Below are positions 7,979 through 16,778 of a stretch of 64,000 nucleotides of DNA, one piece after another. The notes under the pieces were generated by a model that saw only the letters and a program-made list of their open reading frames with translations, made no database searches and was not told the origin of the DNA. The position numbers and the translations under genes are program-made. This stretch comes from Bradymonadia bacterium (lineage in GTDB: Bacteria; Myxococcota_A; Bradymonadia; UBA7976; UBA1532). Location of the stretch: positions 1 to 64,000 of the forward strand of contig JBKAGE010000005.1 of assembly GCA_046290225.1 (NCBI GenBank), in the 5' to 3' direction. Positions within the stretch are counted from its first letter, which is position 1. Every line of letters starts with the position of its first letter.

Positions 7979-10900
7979 ATGGGGAAGATGGGTCGAATCT
8001 GTGCCGGCGCCCTCTGGGTCGCGGCGATGGCCGCCCCACTGGGCTGCGGGGATCGAAACGCCACCCCAAAGGATGGCAAGTCGGGCAGCGCCACGACAGG
8101 GGCCAGCGCCAAGGCCAGGCCGCTGGAGAACAGCGAGCAGGCGGCCCTCGACATCATCCGGGCCGCCGGTGATCGGGCGGCCCTCCTCATGGCTTTCTAT
8201 CCCGAAAAATACGCTGAGGATCACCGACAGCTCACCGCCCTCGGCATGAAGCTGCCCGGGGAGCTTCGCCGGGCCCTGGCCAGCGTCGACAGCGTCGAGT
8301 CCCTGCTCGCCGCCTGGATGGACGGCAAGATCGATCCCACTGCTCTCAAAGGCTGGGACAAAGCGCGGCCCACGGTCCTCGCCCTCGCCGAAGCGCCCGA
8401 GGCCGGCCCCCCGGGCTATGTCGCCTCCGGACCTCTCGAAGGCCGCGAGGGCTTGCGCCATCGGATCATCCTCCCCGCGACAGATCCTCAGGCGCTCCTG
8501 AACTCTCTCGCCGACACCCTCGACAAGCAGTCCCGGGGCCACACCATCGGCAAAGAGAAGGTGTGGGAGATCTACGAGGGCCGCTGGCTCAGCCTGCAGG
8601 CGGCGAAAGATCATGTGCACGGGGTGATGATCGTGAACGGTCCTCAGACCCTCGAGGCCCGCACGAAGCTCGGCCCCGTGATTGTGCCGATCCATGCCCA
8701 GGCGCCGGTGACCCCGGCCCTGGTGCACGCGGTGACCGCCGAGAGCCCTGTGGCCTTCGTCGTGCAGCCCTGGAACTTCCGGAGCGCCTCCGCCTGGGAG
8801 GGCATGGGCCAGGCTGCCCTCGCCGTGGGCGACGCCGATACCCTCTCCCCGAACATGCTCGATCAGCTGACCGTCGCGGCCCGGAGCATCGTGCTCGGCT
8901 CAGAGGCCCTGATCCTCGACGAGGGGGCCGACTTCGACGCCCACGCCCTCACCTTCTCCGTGGATGATCAGCAAGTGGCGGTGCAGCTGGTGTCGGCCCT
9001 TACCCCGGAAGGCCGTACCCGCTGGGTGAGCAACACTGGGGGATTGCCAGCGTTGAAAGCCGGGGTGGAGCCCTTTGCCACCTTCGATGTGGGACTCGAC
9101 GGCCAGACCATGCTCGAGGCGTCGTCGTTGCCGCCGGCCTTCGGGGGCCGACTGCCCAGGATGAGAGACATCTCGTACGCCATCTCCGAGTGTGGCTGGG
9201 GCTGCACTGCGCACTTTGGCCTGAGGCACCCCACAGGTGTGATCAAGGCCATCGCCCAGGCGGTCTCCAAGGAGGCGCCTGTGCCCCTCGATCTCAAGGG
9301 CGCGCGGGTGGTGGTCATGCCCCGGGGTGAGGCCCCTGTGCCCCCTGTGGCCATGGCCATCGAGGGCACCGCAAATGGGGTGGAGAAGCTGCAGGCGCTC
9401 TTCAAGGCCGCCGAGAGCGATCTCAACGTGAAGACTGCCTCCACTAAGGGCCGGCACTGGCTGCTCGCGAGCTTCCAGGCCGACGCCGATGCCATCTTCG
9501 ATCTCGGTCAGATCGAGCCGGCAAAAGACGGGCATCTTTTGCAGAGCACGGTGATGGCCAAAAAGATCGCCATGGGTCAGGACTTCAGCCTGCTCGAGAT
9601 GCTCACCGTCAACTTCGAGCGGATCGACCTCTCCAGCACAGTGCAGGGCCCTGTCATGGCCACGCAGCTCGTCCTGAGCGCTGCAGGCAAGCCAGCGCCC
9701 ACCGTCGACTTTGCCACCCTCGGCGCCCACACGTGGCAGAGCCCCATCGTCACCGACGAGGGCACGCCGACCTTCAAGTGCGCGAGCCGCGTGAGCCGAG
9801 AGCTCGCCCAAGGTCTGAAGGCCATGAACAACGCGGCACCTGATCAACGGCAGATGTTGGTGGCGAGGGCCTTGGATGCTGCCCGCTCGGACCTGGATTG
9901 CCTCAAGGCAGACCCGCGCATGGCTTCGGTGGCCTACAACCTCGAAGGCGCGTTGCTCAGCGTGGAGATTCGGCAGAGCCAGCGACAGATGAACTATGCA
10001 GGCATGGGTCGCGCCATCGACCGGCGATGTACTGATCCGAAGGCGCAATGGTGCGCCCCCTTCATGGCCAACTACAAGGCACTGCCCGCAAAGCTCAAGC
10101 AAGCGAGCCCCCCTGTGTGCGACACCCACGGAGATCGGGAGAGCCCCGTGGTGCGGATCGCCATGCTCCCCGACGCCCTGTTCCTCAACGAGCAACCCAC
10201 CACCCTCGCGGCGTTGCCGGAAGCTGTGAAGGCGCTCATCCCTCGACATGGTGATGCCGAGGCGTTGATCCTCTCTGACCCTGAAGTGCAACACGGCGAG
10301 GTGCTGAAAGTGCTCGATGTGCTGCAGGCATCGAAGCTCAAGCAGCGACTGCTCACCATCGACGAGACGGAGTGCCCCAAGCCCGACGAGGATCCCCTCA
10401 AAGGCGGCAATGGGCTCGGCGCGGGCCTGGCCGGGATCCAACATGCGGAAGACCCTGCCGAGCAGCAAAAGAAGCAGCCCCAAATCGGGAAAGGCGCACC
10501 CACCGTCATGGGCGCCCTGAGCAAAGAGGTCATCCAGCGGGTCATTCGGGGCAGCATGAACGGGTTCAAGTACTGCTACGAGAAAGAGCTGGCCAAGAAC
10601 CCGAGCCTCGCGGGCAAGACCACCGTGAAGTTCACCATCAGTGGCAACGGCAGCGTGGTGAAGGCCACTGCCGAGGGCATGCCCGTTGTGCACACGTGCA
10701 TGGAGAACAGGGCCCGTGCGCTGCGTTTCCCCGCGCCCAAGGGGGGCGGCATCGTCATCGTGAAGTACCCCTTCATCTTCAAGGTCGACGGGGCCGAGAA
10801 GAAGGACACGGTGGTGCCCGTGGTGCCGAAGGCCGCCCCAGGCAAGGCCGGGTCGGTGCATCGCACGATCAACGCCCACATGCCCCTCTTCAAGCGGTGC

Positions 10901-11116
10901 TACCTCAAGGCGCTTCAGCGCGATCCCAGCCTCGCGGGCCGGGTGAAGGTGGTCTTTACCGTGACCCCGGACGGCACGGTGACCGAGGCCACCAGCGAGG
11001 GCATGAACGAGGTGAAGGGCTGTATGGAGGCCACAGGCAAGCGGGTGAAGTTCCCCGCCCACAGCGAGGGCAAGCCCATGAAGATCGCCTACCCCTTCAT
11101 CTTCACACCAGGCTGA
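7979..11116 (+). CDS. large lipoprotein with an ExbD-like domain and two AgmX/PglI-type (TonB_C-like) C-terminal domains
   Basis: Lipobox PLGC; ExbD-like LILSDPEVQHGEVLKVLDVL; two CY...PSLAG...KF/VFT...C...FP...YPFIF repeats. Confidence 0.8.
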   Translation: MGKMGRICAGALWVAAMAAPLGCGDRNATPKDGKSGSATTGASAKARPLENSEQAALDIIRAAGDRAALLMAFYPEKYAEDHRQLTALGMKLPGELRRALASVDSVESLLAAWMDGKIDPTALKGWDKARPTVLALAEAPEAGPPGYVASGPLEGREGLRHRIILPATDPQALLNSLADTLDKQSRGHTIGKEKVWEIYEGRWLSLQAAKDHVHGVMIVNGPQTLEARTKLGPVIVPIHAQAPVTPALVHAVTAESPVAFVVQPWNFRSASAWEGMGQAALAVGDADTLSPNMLDQLTVAARSIVLGSEALILDEGADFDAHALTFSVDDQQVAVQLVSALTPEGRTRWVSNTGGLPALKAGVEPFATFDVGLDGQTMLEASSLPPAFGGRLPRMRDISYAISECGWGCTAHFGLRHPTGVIKAIAQAVSKEAPVPLDLKGARVVVMPRGEAPVPPVAMAIEGTANGVEKLQALFKAAESDLNVKTASTKGRHWLLASFQADADAIFDLGQIEPAKDGHLLQSTVMAKKIAMGQDFSLLEMLTVNFERIDLSSTVQGPVMATQLVLSAAGKPAPTVDFATLGAHTWQSPIVTDEGTPTFKCASRVSRELAQGLKAMNNAAPDQRQMLVARALDAARSDLDCLKADPRMASVAYNLEGALLSVEIRQSQRQMNYAGMGRAIDRRCTDPKAQWCAPFMANYKALPAKLKQASPPVCDTHGDRESPVVRIAMLPDALFLNEQPTTLAALPEAVKALIPRHGDAEALILSDPEVQHGEVLKVLDVLQASKLKQRLLTIDETECPKPDEDPLKGGNGLGAGLAGIQHAEDPAEQQKKQPQIGKGAPTVMGALSKEVIQRVIRGSMNGFKYCYEKELAKNPSLAGKTTVKFTISGNGSVVKATAEGMPVVHTCMENRARALRFPAPKGGGIVIVKYPFIFKVDGAEKKDTVVPVVPKAAPGKAGSVHRTINAHMPLFKRCYLKALQRDPSLAGRVKVVFTVTPDGTVTEATSEGMNEVKGCMEATGKRVKFPAHSEGKPMKIAYPFIFTPG

Positions 11117-11165
11117 TCTGCCCCGTGATGGTCAATGCACCCTCGAATGTGTATACATCGAGGCC

Positions 11166-12017
11166 ATGAACACACGGACCATCAGCGTTGTCAGTCGCTT
11201 CGAATTGCGGCAGGCCCTCAGGGCGCCCGGTGGCGTCTTGTTCCTCGCCCTCTTCGGCATCTTCTTCGGGTGGGTGTTGCTCAAGCTGCACGGCTTCGCA
11301 GACGAGCTCATCACCCTCAAGTCTCAGATCGGCAACGTCGACGCGTCGTCCATCGGCGACACCCTCGGATGGCTGAGCTGGCTCATCGACATTGAAGGGC
11401 CCGCCTTCATCGAGCTGCTGCAGAGCCACTCGCCCTTCATGGTGCTGGCGTTCTATCTCGTCATCGGGGCCACGCCGTTCATGGCGTTGCTGGCCTCCTT
11501 CGACCAGATGGCCACCGACATCAACACCCGCCATCTGCGCTTCTTGCTGCTGCGGGCCGATCGACAAAGCATCTTCGTCGGCAAGGCCCTGGCAGCGTTC
11601 CAGCTGTACGCCATCGCCACGGGCATCTACGCCTTCGCCGCCTGGGGCATCGGGGTGAGCGCCGGCGCCGCAGATGTCGGCGAGGTGCTCTATGTCCTGC
11701 GCATCTGGGCCACCTGCTTGTTCTTTGCCCTGCCGTTCATCGCCCTCTCGGCGCTCAACGCTGTCTGGGTGGGCAACGCCATGTTGGGGTTGCTCGCATC
11801 GCTGCTCTACATCGTGCTGGCGTGGATGATGGGCGCCGTGGCCTCGTACGCCAACCCGGCCATGGTCAAGATCGGCCTGCTCTCACCTTCTGCCTGGAAG
11901 TACGAGCTCTTGCTCGACGACTTCGCGGGCCTGACGCCTGTGTTGATCCACGTGGTCGTGTTCACAGTCATCGCCGGCATCGCGGGCTTCACCATCGCCA
12001 TGCGGCGAGACGTCTGA
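11166..12017 (+). CDS. ABC-2 type transporter permease
   Basis: About six TM helices; D...TRHLRFLL...R..IFVGK motif; adjacent ATPase. Confidence 0.85.
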   Translation: MNTRTISVVSRFELRQALRAPGGVLFLALFGIFFGWVLLKLHGFADELITLKSQIGNVDASSIGDTLGWLSWLIDIEGPAFIELLQSHSPFMVLAFYLVIGATPFMALLASFDQMATDINTRHLRFLLLRADRQSIFVGKALAAFQLYAIATGIYAFAAWGIGVSAGAADVGEVLYVLRIWATCLFFALPFIALSALNAVWVGNAMLGLLASLLYIVLAWMMGAVASYANPAMVKIGLLSPSAWKYELLLDDFAGLTPVLIHVVVFTVIAGIAGFTIAMRRDV

Positions 12018-12027
12018 GGGGGTCGTC

Positions 12028-12960
12028 ATGAGCATGTTGCAGATCAGCGGCGTACACAAAGCCTACAAGGCCGTCCGGGCCCTCAATGGCGTCGACATGA
12101 CCATCGGCGATCAGGGCATCTACGGCCTCGTTGGGCCCAATGGTGCCGGCAAGACCACGCTCTTCTCGGTCATCTGCGGGTTCCTCGGCGCCGACAGCGG
12201 GACCGTCACCGTCGCTGGCCAGAAGGTGAGCCCCCAGCAGCCTCCTGCCTCCGGAGTCCTCAGCATTCTGCCACAGGATGCGCGGTTCCCCACCGGGGTG
12301 CCCGTGGGCGAGCTGCTCACCCACTACGCCCGACTTCAGGGCATGAGCAAGGGCAAGGCCAGAGTCGAAGCAGAGCGGGTGCTCGCCCTCGTGAACCTCT
12401 CCGAGGTGTTCAAGCGATCTGCGAGCACGCTCTCACACGGCATGTACAAGCGCGTGGGCATCGCCCAGGCCTTCATCGGCAACCCCAAGCTGGTGATCCT
12501 CGACGAGCCCACTGCGGGCCTCGACCCCCACGCCGCTCGGGAGGTCCGGGGCATGGTGCGGTCGATCTGTATCGATCGCTGCGTCATCGTGAGCAGCCAC
12601 AACCTGCTTGAGATCGAAGATCTCTGTCAGCACGTGACGATCCTGCACAAAGGTCAGGTGGTGCGTCAGGCAGAGATGGGCGCCATCAAAGGTGAGGGGG
12701 CCGAGGTCTCGTTCCGCATGTCCAGCGAGCCCGACGCCGATGTCTCGGCCAGGCTCGCGAGCATGCCCGAGGTGAGCGGGGTGGAGTGGGACGTGAACGC
12801 CGGCCGGCTGCGGGTGCTCATCAACACCAAGATGACGACCCCTGAAGAGGTCAGCAGCACGCTGGTTCAGGTGCTGGTCACCTCTGGGGTGAAGTTCCTC
12901 GATATGTCGGTGGGGGCCAGCCTCGAAGACCGCTTCTTGCGGGAGACCGGCGGAGAATAG
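12028..12960 (+). CDS. ABC transporter ATP-binding protein
   Basis: Walker A GPNGAGKTT, signature LSHGM, Walker B ILDEPT, SSH switch. Confidence 0.95.
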   Translation: MSMLQISGVHKAYKAVRALNGVDMTIGDQGIYGLVGPNGAGKTTLFSVICGFLGADSGTVTVAGQKVSPQQPPASGVLSILPQDARFPTGVPVGELLTHYARLQGMSKGKARVEAERVLALVNLSEVFKRSASTLSHGMYKRVGIAQAFIGNPKLVILDEPTAGLDPHAAREVRGMVRSICIDRCVIVSSHNLLEIEDLCQHVTILHKGQVVRQAEMGAIKGEGAEVSFRMSSEPDADVSARLASMPEVSGVEWDVNAGRLRVLINTKMTTPEEVSSTLVQVLVTSGVKFLDMSVGASLEDRFLRETGGE

Positions 12961-12992
12961 GGTGGGGTGCTCGTGGTGCCGAGCAGGTTGGG

Positions 12993-13460
12993 TCAGGCCG
13001 CTGCTGCGCCGCCTGCATAGCTGCGCGAGGCCACGAGGGCCAAGGCGCAGGCTACCAAACCCACGATGTTCATGATGCCAAAGGTTGTGAGGAAGATACC
13101 TCCCAACTCACCGATGATGCCCAAAGCGGCGATGATGAGCACGAAGTTGGCGGCCTTCTGCATGAAGAGCATCACGCCACCGGCGATCTGCAGACCACCG
13201 ACGATCATCAGGAAGATGCCGAAGATGCCGAGCAGGCCGGCGTTCTCAGTGGCGCTGGCGGCGGCCTTGAGGGTTTCCTCCTCTGCCTTGATCTGCTCAG
13301 CAGTCTTCTTGGAGCCGTCCGGGTTGGTGGCGGAGATGGTGCCGCTCTCTGCGGCGCTGTTGACCGCGGCACCACCGGCGCCGACAGCGCCGTAGCCGAG
13401 GCCACCGATGAGGTTGAAGATCGCAGTGATGATGATGAGTACACCGGCAGCAATACGCAT
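12993..13460 (-). CDS. hypothetical membrane protein (about 4 TM)
   Basis: GAGGAG RBS, hydrophobic helices, plausible codon pattern. Confidence 0.8.
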   Translation of the reverse strand: MRIAAGVLIIITAIFNLIGGLGYGAVGAGGAAVNSAAESGTISATNPDGSKKTAEQIKAEEETLKAAASATENAGLLGIFGIFLMIVGGLQIAGGVMLFMQKAANFVLIIAALGIIGELGGIFLTTFGIMNIVGLVACALALVASRSYAGGAAAA

Positions 13461-13623
13461 GGGACGTCTCCTCTAATGGGCCCATTGAGTGTTGTAGTTG
13501 TGGGCACGAGGTAGCACGAAACGGCGCCAGACCACAGCGGTTTATGCGACGAATTTTCTCAGCGTGCGATTTGAATATGGAGGGCACTCACCCGTCTGCG
13601 CTGAGTTCCGGCGAAGCCATCAA

Positions 13624-14496
13624 TCAGCCAGCCATCATCTGTCTCGCCAATACATCTGCACCATTCTCTGACATCTGCATGCCCTGTAGGTGCTCAACCC
13701 GCCACTTCTGATTATCGAGGGTGCGATGGAAGGGGCGATACAGGGTGCGATCCCCCAGGCCCAGCCACTGCGTTTCCCAGAAGAAGTTGTACCCACCACC
13801 ACCAATGAGCCGATCCGCCCCAGGCAAGTAGGGGGCCAGCGGAAAGATCGCCTCTCCGCGATGCATCGACAGGGACACCAGCATTTCGTGAGGACCCACC
13901 CCGAACTCCGCCTCGAGGTCGGCCACCTCTCTCCCTTCGCCGAGGCCTGTGTGGGCGAGCAGCGTCAGCGTGCGATCAGCGGGCACCGAGAAGAGATCTC
14001 GCAGCTTCGAGGGTGGGTGGCACTCATCGGGGTTCACGATCACCACCGGAGGCACCATGTCGTCGAGGGTGTGGTGCTCCATGGGCTCGATGGCGATGAC
14101 CTGGGCGAAGCGGCGGCGGTCGAAGCGCAGCATCGGCGGCCCGGCAAGCCATGGGCGAGGCACTGTGTGCAGCAACAGCCACGCCTCACACCGTAGCTGA
14201 GGCAGCAGGTGATGGATCGACACCCAGAAGTGGTCGACGAGCAATAGATCCGGGTCGAAGGCCTGCAGCGCCTCGGCGAGGGGGCTCGCGGCGATGGCTG
14301 CGGGGCTGCGGGCGCTCTCCCGGGTCAGCGTCAGCGCAGTGTAGTCATCACGCAGGCCTGTTGCGTAGGGCATCGGCGGTCCGAACATGCGGTAGTCGCC
14401 GGTGAAACCCTGTCGTCGCAGGCCGTTGCCCAGGGCCACCCCTCGGGCGAGGTGTCCGGCGCCGCCCATCGTCGCGGTGAAGTAGGCGATGCGCAC
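13624..14496 (-). CDS. putative GT-B fold glycosyltransferase-like protein
   Basis: N-terminal GGAGHLARG, PDLLLVD, C-terminal GGGGYN..WE and DNQ..R (GT28-like pattern). Confidence 0.65.
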   Translation of the reverse strand: MRIAYFTATMGGAGHLARGVALGNGLRRQGFTGDYRMFGPPMPYATGLRDDYTALTLTRESARSPAAIAASPLAEALQAFDPDLLLVDHFWVSIHHLLPQLRCEAWLLLHTVPRPWLAGPPMLRFDRRRFAQVIAIEPMEHHTLDDMVPPVVIVNPDECHPPSKLRDLFSVPADRTLTLLAHTGLGEGREVADLEAEFGVGPHEMLVSLSMHRGEAIFPLAPYLPGADRLIGGGGYNFFWETQWLGLGDRTLYRPFHRTLDNQKWRVEHLQGMQMSENGADVLARQMMAG

Positions 14497-14505
14497 GGCT
14501 CGGCC

Positions 14506-16569
14506 TTATTGAGGGAGGAGCTCGTTGATGTTGAGCACGTAGTTGCCCACCTCGCCACCGTAGCCGCCGATGACGATGATCACCGTCTCTTCAGCGAGCA
14601 GCTCGAGCTCCACTGCAGAGGCCACTGTCTCATTCAGATCATCGTCGTCGTTGCAGGCGAGGGCCTCTCGGGGCATGCAGGCTGCTGGCAGCACGTACAT
14701 CACTGTATCGAAGTCAGATCGCTGGAGGTCGAAGCGGAAGAAGCCGTCTCGGGGGGCGGTCCATTGCACACCAACGTCTTCCCCGTTGGGGGTGACGCAG
14801 TCGAAGGGGGGGCTGTGATCCCGCCCCTGGCCGGAGAGGTTGCCCTCGAGCACGGCGTTGCCCTCCTGAGACTGGATGTCGGTCTCGAAGCATTGCTGAG
14901 CGCGGAACTGCCTGACCTCTACCAGACCATCGCCGATGGGCTCGATCTCCACCACCAGCTCGAAGTCCTGGATGTCGCCGCAGGCGTCTTCGAGTGACAG
15001 GCTCAGTCGACCGATGCCTTCTGCGTAGACGTCGATGGACTCGCCGAGCTCGGCGACGAGGATCTGCCTGCCATTCTCTGCACGCTCGATGCGCACGGGC
15101 ACGAAGATCTCGTTGCCGCCGTCATAGCCACCGTAGGCGTCGAAAGCGAAGGGCTCCACCAGCAGGTCGGCATAGACCAGCTCGGCACCAGGGAGGACCT
15201 CTACGGTGATCGTGGCGGTTTCGGGGTTGAAGCCGGTGAGGCTGCCCTCTTCGAAGTTGAGCAGATCACTGTCGAGGGGGGCTGCAGGACACACCCGGCA
15301 TTCCACCGTCTCGAAGTCAGGCCAGGTGCCCTCCGGGCAGGGGCAGGCGTCGCCGAAGCCGTCACCGTCGCTGTCGAGCTGCTCGGGATCTGCCACATCG
15401 GGGCAGATGTCCACGTCGCCACAGATCATGTCCATGTCAGCGTCGTTGTCTGGATCAGCAGGGCAGACGTCGCAGGCATCACCGATGCCGTCACCGTCAC
15501 CGTCGAGCTGCTCCGGATCGGCCACGTCAGGGCAGAGGTCCACGTCACCGCAGACCATGTCTTCATCGGCGTCGTTGTCGACGTCGGCGGGGCAGGCGTC
15601 GCAGAGATCGCCGATGCCATCACCATCGCCATCGAGCTGCTCGGGGTCTGCCACGTCAGGGCAGAGATCGACGTCGCCACAAATCTGATCGTCATCGACA
15701 TCGTCGTTGGGATCGAGGGGGCAGACATCGCAGGCGTCGCCTGCATCGTCTTCGTCGGCGTTGGCCTGATCGGCGTTGTCGATGATGGGGCAGTTGTCTA
15801 CGTCGTCATTGACGCCATCACCATCATCGTCGTCGTCACACACGTCACCGATGCCGTCCTCGTCGAGATCAGCCTGATCGGCATTGGGATCGTCGACACA
15901 GTTGTCGGTGTCGTCAGCGATGCCGTCTTCATCGGTATCGTCTGGTGCCGGAGGCTCGTCACAGACATCACCGATGCCATCGTCATCGGCATCCGCCTGA
16001 TCTGCATTGGCGTCGTCAGGGCAGTTGTCTTCGGCGTCGGGCACCCCGTCTTCGTCGCGATCGGGCGGTGGGGGCTCACAGGCGTCGCCTACTCCATTGT
16101 CGTCGGCGTCGGCTTGATCTGGGTTGGCCACCTCGGGGCAGTTGTCGTCGCCATCGGGAATGCCATCTTCATCGGCATCTGGTGGAGGGGCATCACAGGC
16201 ATCACCGATGCCATTGTCATCTGCATCTGCCTGGTTGGGGTTGGCGTCGTCAGGGCAGTTGTCGTCACCATCAGGCACCCCATCACCGTCTGCGTCGGGT
16301 GGCTCGGGCGTGTCACATGCATCGCCAATGTTGTCGTCGTCTTCATCGGCTTGATCTGCATTTGGGTCGTCGGGGCAGTTGTCCTCTTCGTCGAGGACCC
16401 CGTCTTCGTCGCGATCGCCCTCGATGCTGACACCCCCGGCATCAGGCGTGCCTTCGCCAGTGCTGGAGTCGTCATCTGAATCACATCCGGCGATGACGCC
16501 CGAGAAGGCGATGAGTTTCATGAGGGCGAGGCGCAGAACGACTTTGCGCACGGTGTTGTGGCTCGACAT
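14506..16569 (-). CDS. thrombospondin type 3 repeat (Ca-binding) lipoprotein
   Basis: Lipobox IAGC; about 9 D(N/L)CPxxxNxDQxDxDxDGxGDxC repeats plus shorter units; C-terminal FDTVMYV...CNDD beta-sandwich. Confidence 0.9.
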   Translation of the reverse strand: MSSHNTVRKVVLRLALMKLIAFSGVIAGCDSDDDSSTGEGTPDAGGVSIEGDRDEDGVLDEEDNCPDDPNADQADEDDDNIGDACDTPEPPDADGDGVPDGDDNCPDDANPNQADADDNGIGDACDAPPPDADEDGIPDGDDNCPEVANPDQADADDNGVGDACEPPPPDRDEDGVPDAEDNCPDDANADQADADDDGIGDVCDEPPAPDDTDEDGIADDTDNCVDDPNADQADLDEDGIGDVCDDDDDGDGVNDDVDNCPIIDNADQANADEDDAGDACDVCPLDPNDDVDDDQICGDVDLCPDVADPEQLDGDGDGIGDLCDACPADVDNDADEDMVCGDVDLCPDVADPEQLDGDGDGIGDACDVCPADPDNDADMDMICGDVDICPDVADPEQLDSDGDGFGDACPCPEGTWPDFETVECRVCPAAPLDSDLLNFEEGSLTGFNPETATITVEVLPGAELVYADLLVEPFAFDAYGGYDGGNEIFVPVRIERAENGRQILVAELGESIDVYAEGIGRLSLSLEDACGDIQDFELVVEIEPIGDGLVEVRQFRAQQCFETDIQSQEGNAVLEGNLSGQGRDHSPPFDCVTPNGEDVGVQWTAPRDGFFRFDLQRSDFDTVMYVLPAACMPREALACNDDDDLNETVASAVELELLAEETVIIVIGGYGGEVGNYVLNINELLPQ

Positions 16570-16778
16570 GGGTCATCTCCAGATGGGCACGGCAGGTTTA
16601 TAGCAGGTGTTCCGCTGCTTTGCAGCGTCGGGCCCCGTGCCAGGCCAAAGGCCGCCGCTGCTGCAGAGCAGCGGCACATGCGACGGCTCGGTGACAATCC
16701 CCCTCAGCCCTTGTTCAAGGGCTCCAGCGAGTGAAAGAATCCTCACCTTCCATCGACCGGATCGCACCAGGAGCGCTC

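Noticed and set aside
8900..11062. Long antisense ORFs (720 aa here; also 21748-24354, 60165-62012, 20372-21721 and 6400-7833)
   Set aside because: They are shadow frames opposite well-supported genes, expected from high-GC codon bias, and carry no motifs.
13512..13530. sigma54 promoter upstream of the 12993-13460 gene (minus strand TGGCGCCGTTTCGTGC)
   Set aside because: GG-to-GC spacing is 11 nt rather than the required 10.
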